Shown here: in pieces, positions 1 to 9,155 of the stretch
Layout: each line of letters opens with the position of its first letter
Position numbering within the stretch: position 1 is the first letter of the stretch
Assembly (NCBI GenBank): GCA_041305385.1
Contig: JBFYLO010000046.1
Coordinates: forward strand, 491 to 64,490
DNA length: 64,000 nucleotides
Direction: 5' to 3'
Origin: Candidatus Micrarchaeota archaeon
GTDB taxonomy: Archaea > Micrarchaeota > Micrarchaeia > Burarchaeales > JAKAKT01
Notes under the pieces: model-generated
Seen by the model: only the letters and a program-made list of their open reading frames with translations
What the model was told of the DNA's origin: nothing
Database searches by the model: none
Program-made: the position numbers and the translations under genes

Positions 1-223
1 GCGATGTTCTGGTTTCTCCTTAATGATTTCATTGACTATGCCTTTGGAACGCGTCCCCCAATTCCCGCGTCCCATCTCCAGGAAATTTTCACCTACACAA
101 TGATGATGACTTTCGTCTTCTCGCTCGGAAGCTACTGGCTGGTAAGGAAGTATACAGACTCGGGAATCAGTCCGAATATCGGCAAAAAGTTATCCTAGCT
201 GGATTCAGGATGAGAGCGAAAAA

Positions 224-1609
224 CTAGGCGACTGACCCAGCCAGCCCCTCCATGTTCTTGAGCAGCTTCTTCTTCGCAGCCCCGTCCTGGAGCGCAGCAG
301 CGAGGACCTCGCAAATGGTTTTTACCGGGACAATCTCGATTTTTTTCTTCGCGTCCTTCCCCAAATAAACGTCCTTGAGGTTCGAGGCAGGTATCACCAC
401 CTTCTTCGCCCCGGCCTCGATTGCAGCCTCGATTTTCGCCGTGACTCCGCCAACTGGGAGCACTTCCCCCCGCACGCTGAGCGAGCCGGTCATGGCAACA
501 GTCTGGTCAATCGCGATGCCCTCCATTGCCGAGAGCACTGAAACCGCTGTTGCCACGCTCGCACTGTCCCCCTCGACTCCCTCGTAGGTCTGGAGGAACT
601 GCACGTGAATATCATACTGCGACACGTCCTTCCCGATGTGCTTCTTTATGATTGCCGAAACGTTCTCAACAGCCTCCTTCGCAATCTCCCCGAGCTTTCC
701 AGTTGCAATCAGTTTTCCCTCGCTCCTGGATGAAGACGGGGTCACTTCCGCGACAATTGGCAATATCAGCCCGCTCATCGCGTCGCCTAGCACTGCAAGT
801 CCGTTGACTTTCCCGACAAGATACCCGCTGGTCACGAACACCTGGTACTCCTTCTTTATGTCTATGAACTCCTGGGACATCTGCTGCTCGAGAGTCCTCG
901 CCACTCCCTTGGACCGTACGACGTGGTCGCGGGTGACGAGCTTTGCCCCCTCCTCCTTTGCGATGTCCCCGGCAGCCCTAACCATCCCCCCGAGCTCCCT
1001 CAGCTTGAGCGACAGCTTGTCCTTCCTCCCAGCCTTCTTCCTGGCCTCCTCAATCATCTCTTCTACAGCCGCCTTCTCGAAATGCGGTATCTTGCCGTCC
1101 TTCTTTACCTCCTGGGCGATGAACTGGACAACCCTCTCCTGGTTCTCGGGAGTGTCCGGCATCGTGTCCTCGACATAAATCTCATAGCCATATCCCCGAA
1201 TCCTCGACCTCAGGGCCGGGTGCATGTTTCGAAGGTCAATCACGTTCCCTGCAGCCACAAGCACGAAATCGCAAGGGACAGGCTCGGTCCTCACAATCGC
1301 CCCGGAGCTCATCTCGCTCTGGCCGGTAATGGAGAACTTCTTGTCCTGCATCGCTGAGAGCAAATCCTGCTGGGACCTCGGTCCAAGTGACGAGACCTCA
1401 TCCAAAAACAGGACGCCCTTGTTCGCCCTGTGAATCGCCCCTGCTTCGACCCTCAAATGAGGGGGAGTTCCCAATCCCCCGGAGTTCTTAACCAAAACGT
1501 CGTTTACGAAGAGCTTGCCCCCCTCAGTGGTGATATTGTAGACATATCCCCGGTATTCCTCGCTTTCGAGGCGGGTTACTCTAGTCGGCTTTATCCTTTT
1601 CTCCCCCAT
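224..1609 (-). CDS. lon: Archaeal LonB protease C-terminal fragment (AAA+ Walker B/sensor region plus Ser-Lys protease domain), preceded by a split-intein C-fragment (IntC); Walker A and membrane-insertion regions absent
   Basis: Strong similarity to Thermococcus LonB from SGGLGTP..HRA.KGVLF.DE onward; GDSAS and K of catalytic dyad present; N-terminal ~42 aa ends [21 protein letters not shown]|S, an intein block F/G pattern like Neq Pol IntC; no GxPGxGKS motif; TATA-like TTTAATAATTTATAAG 15-30 nt upstream of ATG at 1609 (ORF track start 1645 is upstream of that box). Confidence 0.7.
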   Translation of the reverse strand: MGEKRIKPTRVTRLESEEYRGYVYNITTEGGKLFVNDVLVKNSGGLGTPPHLRVEAGAIHRANKGVLFLDEVSSLGPRSQQDLLSAMQDKKFSITGQSEMSSGAIVRTEPVPCDFVLVAAGNVIDLRNMHPALRSRIRGYGYEIYVEDTMPDTPENQERVVQFIAQEVKKDGKIPHFEKAAVEEMIEEARKKAGRKDKLSLKLRELGGMVRAAGDIAKEEGAKLVTRDHVVRSKGVARTLEQQMSQEFIDIKKEYQVFVTSGYLVGKVNGLAVLGDAMSGLILPIVAEVTPSSSRSEGKLIATGKLGEIAKEAVENVSAIIKKHIGKDVSQYDIHVQFLQTYEGVEGDSASVATAVSVLSAMEGIAIDQTVAMTGSLSVRGEVLPVGGVTAKIEAAIEAGAKKVVIPASNLKDVYLGKDAKKKIEIVPVKTICEVLAAALQDGAAKKKLLKNMEGLAGSVA

Positions 1610-1668
1610 AAAGACGGATATTAGCTTATAAATTATTAAAGGCAAACGGTTAACACGGGGGGATTGGC

Positions 1669-2622
1669 GTGCGAAATTGGTTCATACTTGCAGTTGCCTT
1701 GGCGTTGCTATTTTCGGGTTGCACCGCCAAATCGAAGCTCGACCAGGCGCTTGACGAGTGCAGCAGCATCCAATACGAGACCTTCAAGGAAAGCTGCAGG
1801 GCTACAGTATTCCAGGAATCAGGGGAATTCGAGCGATGCAGCGAAACAGGATACAATAACCAGACGTGCCAATCATTCATAGCAGCCAAATCCGACGTTT
1901 TGCTCTGCGAGAAAGCGGACTGTCCCGATAAGTGCTATTTCGATGCCGCCAAGAAAGCAAACAATTTCTCAATATGCGGCAGGATTTCTGACCCTGGAGT
2001 CATGGACTATTGCTATGTCACCATGTTCACGGACACCATAACCACGGATACTTCCGGCATATGTGAAAAAATAAAGTCGGAGAGGGTTATCGAACTATCC
2101 GGGTGCTTCGGTTCCGGCACAGTCGGGGATTCTGCGTTGAACCATACTTTCAAGGAATACTGCATCGCCGAAACCAAAAGCAGCCCAGAGGAATGCGCGA
2201 CATTAAGTGACGACCTGAGGGACTCGTGCCTACTCCAGCTCGCATTCAGAACTGGCGATTGCAATCTCATCAATTACACTTCAAACGACCTCGAGAACAT
2301 CACGATTTCGCGTGCCTACTGCCGCATGTTCAAAGGCATCGCTAAAAACGACAGCCGTGAATGTGATTTCCTCCAAGAAGAGAATATGCAACTACTTGCC
2401 ACCAATTGTTACCTGACGCTCGGGGTAGTAATGGGCGACGAGTCCCTTTGCGGAAAGATTGAGGAAGACTTTCTTACGACGGGCGCAAGAGACCTTTGCA
2501 CGGCATCCTCCAGAGCAACAAGCGGGGGCCTCGAGTCTTGCAACTCTCTCCAAGATAAAGATACGATGCATCTTTGCAGGGCCTTTGCGATTATGGGTGT
2601 GGGCGGGGACTGGGTAAGGTAG
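1669..2622 (+). CDS. Secreted cysteine-rich protein, probable lipoprotein (signal peptide ending LLFSGC)
   Basis: N-terminal hydrophobic signal with LFSGC lipobox-like motif; ~38 Cys spread through the 317 aa; no recognisable family. Confidence 0.45.
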   Translation: MRNWFILAVALALLFSGCTAKSKLDQALDECSSIQYETFKESCRATVFQESGEFERCSETGYNNQTCQSFIAAKSDVLLCEKADCPDKCYFDAAKKANNFSICGRISDPGVMDYCYVTMFTDTITTDTSGICEKIKSERVIELSGCFGSGTVGDSALNHTFKEYCIAETKSSPEECATLSDDLRDSCLLQLAFRTGDCNLINYTSNDLENITISRAYCRMFKGIAKNDSRECDFLQEENMQLLATNCYLTLGVVMGDESLCGKIEEDFLTTGARDLCTASSRATSGGLESCNSLQDKDTMHLCRAFAIMGVGGDWVR

Positions 2623-2627
2623 ATTAG

Positions 2628-3788
2628 ATGTTCATAGGGGTAGTCGGCAAGCCCAATGCGGGAAAAAGCACGTTTTTCGCAGGCGCAACCCTAGTCGATG
2701 CCAAGATTGCTCCCTTCCCATTCACAACAATCGAGCCGAACCGCGGGAAAGCCTATGTCCGCGCTGAATGCCCATGCAAATCCCTCGGAACCGCCTGCAA
2801 GCCGAGGAACAGCCTCTGCGAGAATGGAACCCGCCTTCTCCCCATTGAGATGATGGATGTCGCAGGCCTGGTTCCTGATGCCCATGCAGGCCGAGGACTA
2901 GGTCTCAAATTCCTAGACGACCTTCGGGCAGCCGATGCGTTGATTCAGGTCGTTGATGCCTCTGGAAGAACTGACTTGGAGGGAAAGGATTGCGATGGCC
3001 GCGACCCTTCTGAAGAAGTCCGCTTCCTTTCCCGTGAGATAGAATACTGGATTGCCGACATCCTGAAGCGGAACATGAGCAAGATAAAAGGGCGTGGGAT
3101 AGACGAGCTGCTCACCGCGCTCACAGGGCTCAAGGTCACACGGGCCCAGATAGAAGAGGTTTCGGTGAAGAAGGGGATTCCAGTGGAAGGAATAAACTGG
3201 AACGATGAGGAGATTCTCTCATTCGCAAAGGAGATTCGCGCCATTTCAAAGCCCATTGCAATTGCAGCGAATAAGGTTGATTCACCAAATGGAAGGAAAA
3301 ATTTCGAGAAATTAAAGGCGGATTTCCCGAATCTGCTCGTGGTTCCAACGTGCGCCGAGGCAGAACTGGCCCTCAGGCGGGCAAATGAGAAAAAATTGGT
3401 GAAGTATATCCCCGGGAGCGCCGAGTTCGAGGTTTTGGGGGGCGAGCCGAAGCAGAGGGAAGCATTGGCTAAGATTCAAGACATCCTAAGAGCGAATAAC
3501 GGGACAGGAGTCCAGCAGCTCATCGACCGCGTAGTTTTCGACCTCCTGAACCTAATTGTCGTTTACCCAGTAGAAGACGAGCACAAGTTCAGCGACCATT
3601 TCGGCAACGTCCTTCCAGATGGCTATCTGCTCAAGAAAGGGAGCAGCTGCCACGCCCTGGCTGAGAAAATCCACACTGACCTCGCCCAGAAATTCGTCTG
3701 CGGCATCGATGCCAGAAAGCACATGCGAGTTGGGAAGGAGCACGTTCTGCAAAATGGGGACGTGATTAAGATTGTGGCTGGACGGTAG
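2628..3788 (+). CDS. Obg-like ATPase/GTPase of the YchF/OLA1 family with C-terminal TGS domain and a Cys4 insertion
   Basis: G1 motif GVVGKPNAGKSTFF, G3 DVAGLV, NKVD G4, C-terminal KIHTDLAQKF...GDVIKIV TGS signature; inserted ECPCKSLGTACKPRNSLCENG Cys cluster. Confidence 0.7.
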   Translation: MFIGVVGKPNAGKSTFFAGATLVDAKIAPFPFTTIEPNRGKAYVRAECPCKSLGTACKPRNSLCENGTRLLPIEMMDVAGLVPDAHAGRGLGLKFLDDLRAADALIQVVDASGRTDLEGKDCDGRDPSEEVRFLSREIEYWIADILKRNMSKIKGRGIDELLTALTGLKVTRAQIEEVSVKKGIPVEGINWNDEEILSFAKEIRAISKPIAIAANKVDSPNGRKNFEKLKADFPNLLVVPTCAEAELALRRANEKKLVKYIPGSAEFEVLGGEPKQREALAKIQDILRANNGTGVQQLIDRVVFDLLNLIVVYPVEDEHKFSDHFGNVLPDGYLLKKGSSCHALAEKIHTDLAQKFVCGIDARKHMRVGKEHVLQNGDVIKIVAGR

Positions 3789-4266
3789 AACTAGTTTATA
3801 TTCGATTACCATGGAGTTGGCAGCGATGGAGTTCCACGAATATCTAACCTTTTCTAATTGGTGGGTCGGGGTTAGGTCAATGTTGTTGCTGTTACTCTTC
3901 ACAATCCCAGCCATTATTATTGCAATAATCCCAATCCTCGGCTTGATTGCTCTGGTAGTTTGGATAGTAACCCTAATACCCTGGTCAATCGATATTACTA
4001 GGAAGGGGATACTCAAGTCCGGATTCGGAATCAACGAAATCTCGAATTATCTAAACGTAGCTAATTTCGTGATCGGTATTCAGGCAATCATCATGGGGTT
4101 TATCATAGCTGCCATCCCAATCTACACCATAGGATTAATTCCAGAAATAGGCCCGCTCCTGTCTTTTCTCGTTCAGATAACTTGGGGACTTATGACTAAT
4201 CCATTAACCGTGGACATTGCGAGAGGAAATTTTGGGTCAACACCGCATAAAACCGAAATACAATAA
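3772..4266 (+). CDS. Hypothetical polytopic membrane protein
   Basis: Four hydrophobic helices; real start may be an internal Met near 3811; no family recognised. Confidence 0.3.
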   Translation: MWLDGRTSLYSITMELAAMEFHEYLTFSNWWVGVRSMLLLLLFTIPAIIIAIIPILGLIALVVWIVTLIPWSIDITRKGILKSGFGINEISNYLNVANFVIGIQAIIMGFIIAAIPIYTIGLIPEIGPLLSFLVQITWGLMTNPLTVDIARGNFGSTPHKTEIQ

Positions 4267-4269
4267 ATT

Positions 4270-5205
4270 CTACCAAGGTGCTACTTTCCCCACGATTCTG
4301 CCCTTGTCTTGATATTCATTCCCGTTCTGGTCTGCATAGTTTATCGTTATTTCCGAAGCGAATTTGTCCATGCTGTTCAGTGGAACTTTCGGGCCTGCGC
4401 ATACAACTATAAACGTCTTACCTACCGGCACTCGTTCTGGCAAGTCAGATCTTATCTCACAGGAAGAGAATTCCGGAACGACTACATCATTTACTCGAAT
4501 GTCAAATTTTTCAGTGTTTTCCATACCGACCAGAAGACTCGTCGTGGTAACGCTTGCACCACTGCAATAAAGTCGCGTGAAACCAGGGCATTCTTCAGGA
4601 TGCCCAGACTGAAAATTAACCGGTATGGCCGAAGAGATTACTACGCCCAATAGGGACAAGGCTACCAGGAAAGAGACTACTGCGGCAACCGCCTTTTTCA
4701 AACCAAACCCATGAATCTCTCCAAGTGCAAGGGCTATCAAATAGACGTAATAGAGACCGAGCGCAATGAAGGCAACCTGCCCTAGTGAAAAGTACGAAAG
4801 ACCCCAGCTAAGCAGATAAACAACTGAAAATACAAACAGATTAAGGGAAAAAAGACGAAAGTGCTCTGCGAACTGTCCTTTCCCCCCAAGCACCTTTGCA
4901 AATGCAAAACAACCAGAAGCCACCACAAGCGTCATCAAAGAATACACGACTAAAAACATAAACACAAAGAGGAAGACCATGACTAAGGGAATCCAGAATG
5001 AAGCAGTTCCTTTTGGTAAAAATTCCGGAAGGCCCGTGCCAACTACAAAAAACATCAATGCAACTAACACCAAGGAGCTAATGAGGCTCGATACCCCGAT
5101 GCTCATGATTGCAGTCTCATATCCTGCCCGCTTCTTTTCTTCTCCGAAAGTTTCTCTAGGCGAAATGATTATTCCCTTCCAAACGGAGAGGATGTTAATG
5201 TTCAC
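4270..5205 (-). CDS. Membrane protein with N-terminal multi-TM (Yip1-like) domain and C-terminal extracytoplasmic domain
   Basis: Five predicted TM helices followed by a ~120 aa soluble Cys-containing domain. Confidence 0.4.
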   Translation of the reverse strand: MNINILSVWKGIIISPRETFGEEKKRAGYETAIMSIGVSSLISSLVLVALMFFVVGTGLPEFLPKGTASFWIPLVMVFLFVFMFLVVYSLMTLVVASGCFAFAKVLGGKGQFAEHFRLFSLNLFVFSVVYLLSWGLSYFSLGQVAFIALGLYYVYLIALALGEIHGFGLKKAVAAVVSFLVALSLLGVVISSAIPVNFQSGHPEECPGFTRLYCSGASVTTTSLLVGMENTEKFDIRVNDVVVPEFSSCEIRSDLPERVPVGKTFIVVCAGPKVPLNSMDKFASEITINYADQNGNEYQDKGRIVGKVAPW

Positions 5206-5214
5206 GCTTCCACC

Positions 5215-6279
5215 TCACTTCCTCCTTATCACTCTTGTCCTTCCCCTGTCAGCCTTCACTTCGGTCTCAATGAGCCCGAGCTTTTCGAGAGTTTCGAGAT
5301 GATTCCTAATAGTCCTATCGGTGACTCCCTCGCCCTTAATCTTGTCATAAAGCTCCCCACTGGTTAGCGGACCAGCTTCGAGCATTTTCAATATCTTTTT
5401 CTCAACAGGCTCCAGATTCCCAAGTTTTTCGTGCTCGACCTTCTCCTGGCTCGCTTCTTTCACGTGCTCGACAGTCACTTTCTTCGCCCCCCTCCTGTCC
5501 GCGAGCTTTCCCGCTTTCCAGAGTGTCGCAATGGCAACTCTCGCATCCCCGCCCCTCTTCGCTCCAATCCCAGCGCACAGGGGAATCACTTCCTCTTCGA
5601 GAACTCCCTTCCCGAAGGCTGATTTCACCCTCTCATTCAGTATGTCTTTTAGCTGCTGCGGTGAATATGGCTTGAAATAAATGCGGTGCTGTGAGAGCGA
5701 GCTGATGATTCTGGAGTCAAGTTTTGCCAGGAACTCTTCGTGATTGGTTATCCCAACAACTCCAATTGGAACTCCGAACACCTCGCTCCCCCTAGCCAGG
5801 TCATAGAGAATCGACTCCTCACCGTACTGGCTTGCAATCAGCCTGTCCACCTCATCGAGCACAAGAACCGGAATTCTTTTCTCCTTAGTTAAGAACTCGG
5901 CAATCCTCTCGGAAACCTCATCAGTGGCGACCCCCCTTCTCGGAACGATTTCCCCGAGCGCAGTCGCAAGCTTGTTCAGAATCGCGTGCCTAGTTGACAA
6001 CTCCCAGCAATTAATGTAGATGGGCAGAGCCCTTTTCGAATATTCTGACAGCTGCTTGAGCACATGCTTCGCGCAGGAGGTCTTCCCAGTCCCAGGCTGG
6101 CCGACCAGAACAATGTTTTCAGGCTTTCCGCCCTTTGTAGCCGACCTGAGGGTGAATGCCATCTCCTTGATTTCGGAGTCCCTGTGCGGGAGAACCGCCG
6201 GTAGATATTCCGGCATCAGGACCCGCTCGTCCCTGAAAACGCTTCCCTCGGCATCGAGCGAGCCGAAAATGTTCGCCAT
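5215..6279 (-). CDS. cdc6: Orc1/Cdc6 replication initiator
   Basis: Walker A LVGQPGTGKTS, Walker B VLVLDEVD, sensor motifs, C-terminal winged helix; typical 354 aa length. Confidence 0.85.
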   Translation of the reverse strand: MANIFGSLDAEGSVFRDERVLMPEYLPAVLPHRDSEIKEMAFTLRSATKGGKPENIVLVGQPGTGKTSCAKHVLKQLSEYSKRALPIYINCWELSTRHAILNKLATALGEIVPRRGVATDEVSERIAEFLTKEKRIPVLVLDEVDRLIASQYGEESILYDLARGSEVFGVPIGVVGITNHEEFLAKLDSRIISSLSQHRIYFKPYSPQQLKDILNERVKSAFGKGVLEEEVIPLCAGIGAKRGGDARVAIATLWKAGKLADRRGAKKVTVEHVKEASQEKVEHEKLGNLEPVEKKILKMLEAGPLTSGELYDKIKGEGVTDRTIRNHLETLEKLGLIETEVKADRGRTRVIRRK

Positions 6280-6310
6280 GAAAAGATATTCCCCAAACTA
6301 ATTTTTAATC

Positions 6311-6679
6311 TTACTCGTGGCTCGCCGCAGCCCTGTAAGCCACCATGAGCATGGCGAGGAAAACGAGCAGCGTGCTTATGAAAAAGGCAGCAATCCGGTT
6401 CGACCAGATGTCGATTCCCGGGAGTGGCTTGTAATGGAGCGTCAGGAGCAGGAGCGCCGTGGCCCAGTACATGGGCCTAAATGCCTTCATCCCTTCGCTC
6501 ACATAGCTGGTGAGCCTGAAGCCCCTCACTTTCGATTCCATTGCCACCATTGCGATTGCAAAAAGCGAGAGCAGTATCACCGAAGGGAGTTCATTCTTGT
6601 TCGGAAGGATGGCAATCACCGCTGCCAACACAAGGACGTCGATAATCAGGTCGGCGCCCGAGGACTCCTCGTAGGGCAT
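6311..6679 (-). CDS. Hypothetical small membrane protein (4 TM)
   Basis: Hydrophobicity pattern only. Confidence 0.35.
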   Translation of the reverse strand: MPYEESSGADLIIDVLVLAAVIAILPNKNELPSVILLSLFAIAMVAMESKVRGFRLTSYVSEGMKAFRPMYWATALLLLTLHYKPLPGIDIWSNRIAAFFISTLLVFLAMLMVAYRAAASHE

Positions 6680-6732
6680 AGTTATGCCTTGTTAACTCGG
6701 TTATTTATAGTTGTCCTTTCGAGTATACTCTC

Positions 6733-7992
6733 GTGAGACTTATCGCAGACCTCCACCTCCATTCCAAGTATTCCAGGGCCACGAGCCCGGACATGGACGT
6801 ATCGGGAATCGCGAAGTGGGCGAAGACAAAGGGCATAGGCTTAGTGGGAACCGGGGATTTTACCCACCCCCAATACCTCTCGGAACTCAAGCAGAACCTC
6901 AAGCCATTGGGAAACGGCCTTTTCGAATTCGATGGCGTCAAATTCATCCTCTCCTCCGAAGTCAGCAACATCTTCCAGCAGAATGGGCTCAAGAAAACGC
7001 ATCACGTAATACTCGCCCCGGGGTTTGAGGAAGTCGAGCAGCTTAACGATAAACTGGCGAAATGGGGGAATTTGGAGGCAGACGGGAGGCCGACTTTCGG
7101 GAGCAGAAGTGCGAGCGAGCTCGTGGAGTTGGTAATGGAAACCTCCAGGGACTTCTTCATCATTCCCGCCCATGTCTGGACCCCCTGGTTCTCAATTTTT
7201 GGGGCAAACTCGGGCTTCGATTCAGTCAAGGAGTGCTATGGGGACATGGAGAAGCACATTCACTCATTGGAGACAGGGCTCTCGAGCAACCCTGAAATGA
7301 ACTGGCGCCTCTCCTCGCTTGACAAGTATTCCTTGGTGAGCAACAGCGACGCCCATTCCCCGTCTAAACTCGGCCGGGAGGCAAACGTTTTCGAGCTCGA
7401 GGAGGCAAGCTACAAGGAACTCACCGAAGCCCTCAAAACAAAAGACAAATCCAAGTTCATCCTCACCTACGAATTCTACCCAGAAGAGGGAAAGTATCAC
7501 TTCGATGGCCATAGAGGCTGCTCAATCAGATTATCGCCCGAGGAAAGCAAAAAACACAACAACATCTGCCCTGTTTGCAGGAGAGAGCTGACAATCGGAG
7601 TCCTGCACCGAGTTGAGGAGTTGGCGGACCGGGAGCCAGGCTTCATTCCAAAGGACTCGGTTCCTTTCGAGAGCCTGGTCCCATTGGAGGAGATACTGAG
7701 CGAAGCAATAGGCAAAGGCAGGGGAACTAAATTGGTCGATCAGGAATACTGGAAATTAATCAAAAAATTTGGGAATGAGCTTGAAGTTTTGCACGCAGAT
7801 GAAAAGGAAATCGAAACCATTTCAGGGGAAAGAATTGCTCATGGAATCGCTAATGTTAGGGCCGGAAAAGTGCGGGTCCTCCCGGGCTATGATGGGGTTT
7901 ACGGAACAGTGAGCGTTTTCGGGAACGAGAAAAAAGACGAAAAAGCACCAGATTCAAGCTCAAAACAAAGTTCACTCGGGGACTTCGGCTGA
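6733..7992 (+). CDS. Endonuclease Q (EndoQ)-like PHP-domain nuclease with C-terminal zinc finger
   Basis: N-terminal ADLHLHSKYSRATS PHP motif, FDGVKFILSSEV, SNSDAHSP, CPVCRREL zinc finger; length ~420 aa matches Pyrococcus EndoQ. Confidence 0.7.
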   Translation: MRLIADLHLHSKYSRATSPDMDVSGIAKWAKTKGIGLVGTGDFTHPQYLSELKQNLKPLGNGLFEFDGVKFILSSEVSNIFQQNGLKKTHHVILAPGFEEVEQLNDKLAKWGNLEADGRPTFGSRSASELVELVMETSRDFFIIPAHVWTPWFSIFGANSGFDSVKECYGDMEKHIHSLETGLSSNPEMNWRLSSLDKYSLVSNSDAHSPSKLGREANVFELEEASYKELTEALKTKDKSKFILTYEFYPEEGKYHFDGHRGCSIRLSPEESKKHNNICPVCRRELTIGVLHRVEELADREPGFIPKDSVPFESLVPLEEILSEAIGKGRGTKLVDQEYWKLIKKFGNELEVLHADEKEIETISGERIAHGIANVRAGKVRVLPGYDGVYGTVSVFGNEKKDEKAPDSSSKQSSLGDFG

Positions 7993-8034
7993 GCCAAACC
8001 AAAGGCTTTTAAACAAAAAGTGGTAAAAGTGTAA

Positions 8035-8307
8035 TTGGTGGTAAAAGTGGAAGAGTACATAACGAAGAAACTTCCCAGAAGGATAAACGGGCGGCTCAGG
8101 CTACTGCAGGCGAGGTACCAGATTAAGCAGAAAAAGAGAATCTCCGAGGGCAGGCTTGTCGAGATGCTAGTGGACTATGCCCTGAGAAACGAGAAGAAAG
8201 TCCTAGGCGGAAAAAAGGGAAACATCTCATCCATTTTCGGCCTTTATACAACCAGGGAAAAAGTCAATTCAGTGAGGGAAATCGATTCGGTAGTTTATGG
8301 TGTCTGA
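8035..8307 (+). CDS. Putative VapB-type antitoxin
   Basis: Small basic ORF immediately upstream of and abutting (TGAATG) a PIN-domain gene. Confidence 0.45.
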   Translation: MVVKVEEYITKKLPRRINGRLRLLQARYQIKQKKRISEGRLVEMLVDYALRNEKKVLGGKKGNISSIFGLYTTREKVNSVREIDSVVYGV

Positions 8308-8691
8308 ATGATAATTGACAGCTCGGTTTTCATCGCTGCCGCAAACAAGAACGACGAGAACTTCAAACGCGCCAATGAACTTCTGGTTATGGCGGAGCGG
8401 GCGGGCGCGAAGACCACGGATCACGTTCTCGAAGAAGTTGTTACTTACTTATGCAAGAAAGCAGGCAGCGATATCGCCTACAAGACCGGGAGTGGGATGC
8501 TGAACTCGTTCGAGTTAGTTTTCTTCTCTGAGGAAAATCTCCGTGAGGCTCTCGAACTGGTGAAGAAGTACAAGCGGCTCAGCCTCTGCGATGCCCTGAG
8601 CGTGGTCGCAGCCAGCGAGATGAGGGATAAGTCAATATGCTCTTTTGATTCCGACTTTGATGTTGTTAAGGGGATAAAGAGAATATTCTAG
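8308..8691 (+). CDS. vapC: PIN-domain ribonuclease, VapC toxin
   Basis: Conserved acidic residues IIDSSVFIA (D4), E39, SLCDA, SFDSDFD; 127 aa. Confidence 0.75.
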   Translation: MIIDSSVFIAAANKNDENFKRANELLVMAERAGAKTTDHVLEEVVTYLCKKAGSDIAYKTGSGMLNSFELVFFSEENLREALELVKKYKRLSLCDALSVVAASEMRDKSICSFDSDFDVVKGIKRIF

Positions 8692-9155
8692 GGGACTTCG
8701 GCTGATTTTCGCTTGTTCTCCATCATTCTTTCGTAAATTTCCCCGACCCTTTTCTCATTAATTTTCTGCCCGAAGCACGTGTGCGGGACCAGGGCCCCGC
8801 TGAACGTCTTGGGGATGTGGAGCAGCTCGTGGATTAGGATTTTTTGCTTCTTTTCATCGTCCAATTTGTCGAAATACTCCGCCAGAACCTCAATCACGTA
8901 ATAAGCCTTAATCTCGAGCGCCACCTGCCAGATTCTCGGCATGCTCCAAATGCGGGCATACGCCCTCGCTTTAGAACCTCTGCTCCTCATGTAGATTAAG
9001 CGATATGAGTTTATGTGCGGGAGCTCTAGGAACGGGAGGATTTCCTCGGCCATCGCCTTTACATCGGGGGCAAGCTCAAAGTCCATGAAAAGATAGTGCC
9101 AATCAGTTTTATTTTGCTGTCTATCCCGGTTATTTTCCCCTATGCCCTGACCCAA
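8688..9155 (-). CDS. Predicted zinc metallopeptidase (HExxH; SprT/WLM/DUF45-like minimal fold)
   Basis: Single HELLH motif near C-terminus with downstream acidic residue; overlaps upstream 446-aa ORF by 26 nt (probable operon). Confidence 0.45.
   Translation of the reverse strand: MGQGIGENNRDRQQNKTDWHYLFMDFELAPDVKAMAEEILPFLELPHINSYRLIYMRSRGSKARAYARIWSMPRIWQVALEIKAYYVIEVLAEYFDKLDDEKKQKILIHELLHIPKTFSGALVPHTCFGQKINEKRVGEIYERMMENKRKSAEVP

Noticed and set aside
375-1433. Plus-strand ORFs (375-587, 636-1178, 923-1357, 1224-1433) inside the lon gene
   Set aside because: They are antisense shadow ORFs with low-complexity S/P/A-rich translations, and the LonB homology on the minus strand fully explains this DNA.
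5215-6340. Replication origin (ORB repeats plus an AT-rich DUE) next to orc1/cdc6
   Set aside because: The flanks of cdc6 are only 10-30 bp to the neighbouring genes. I found no ORB-like repeat array or extended AT-rich unwinding element, so no origin is called here.
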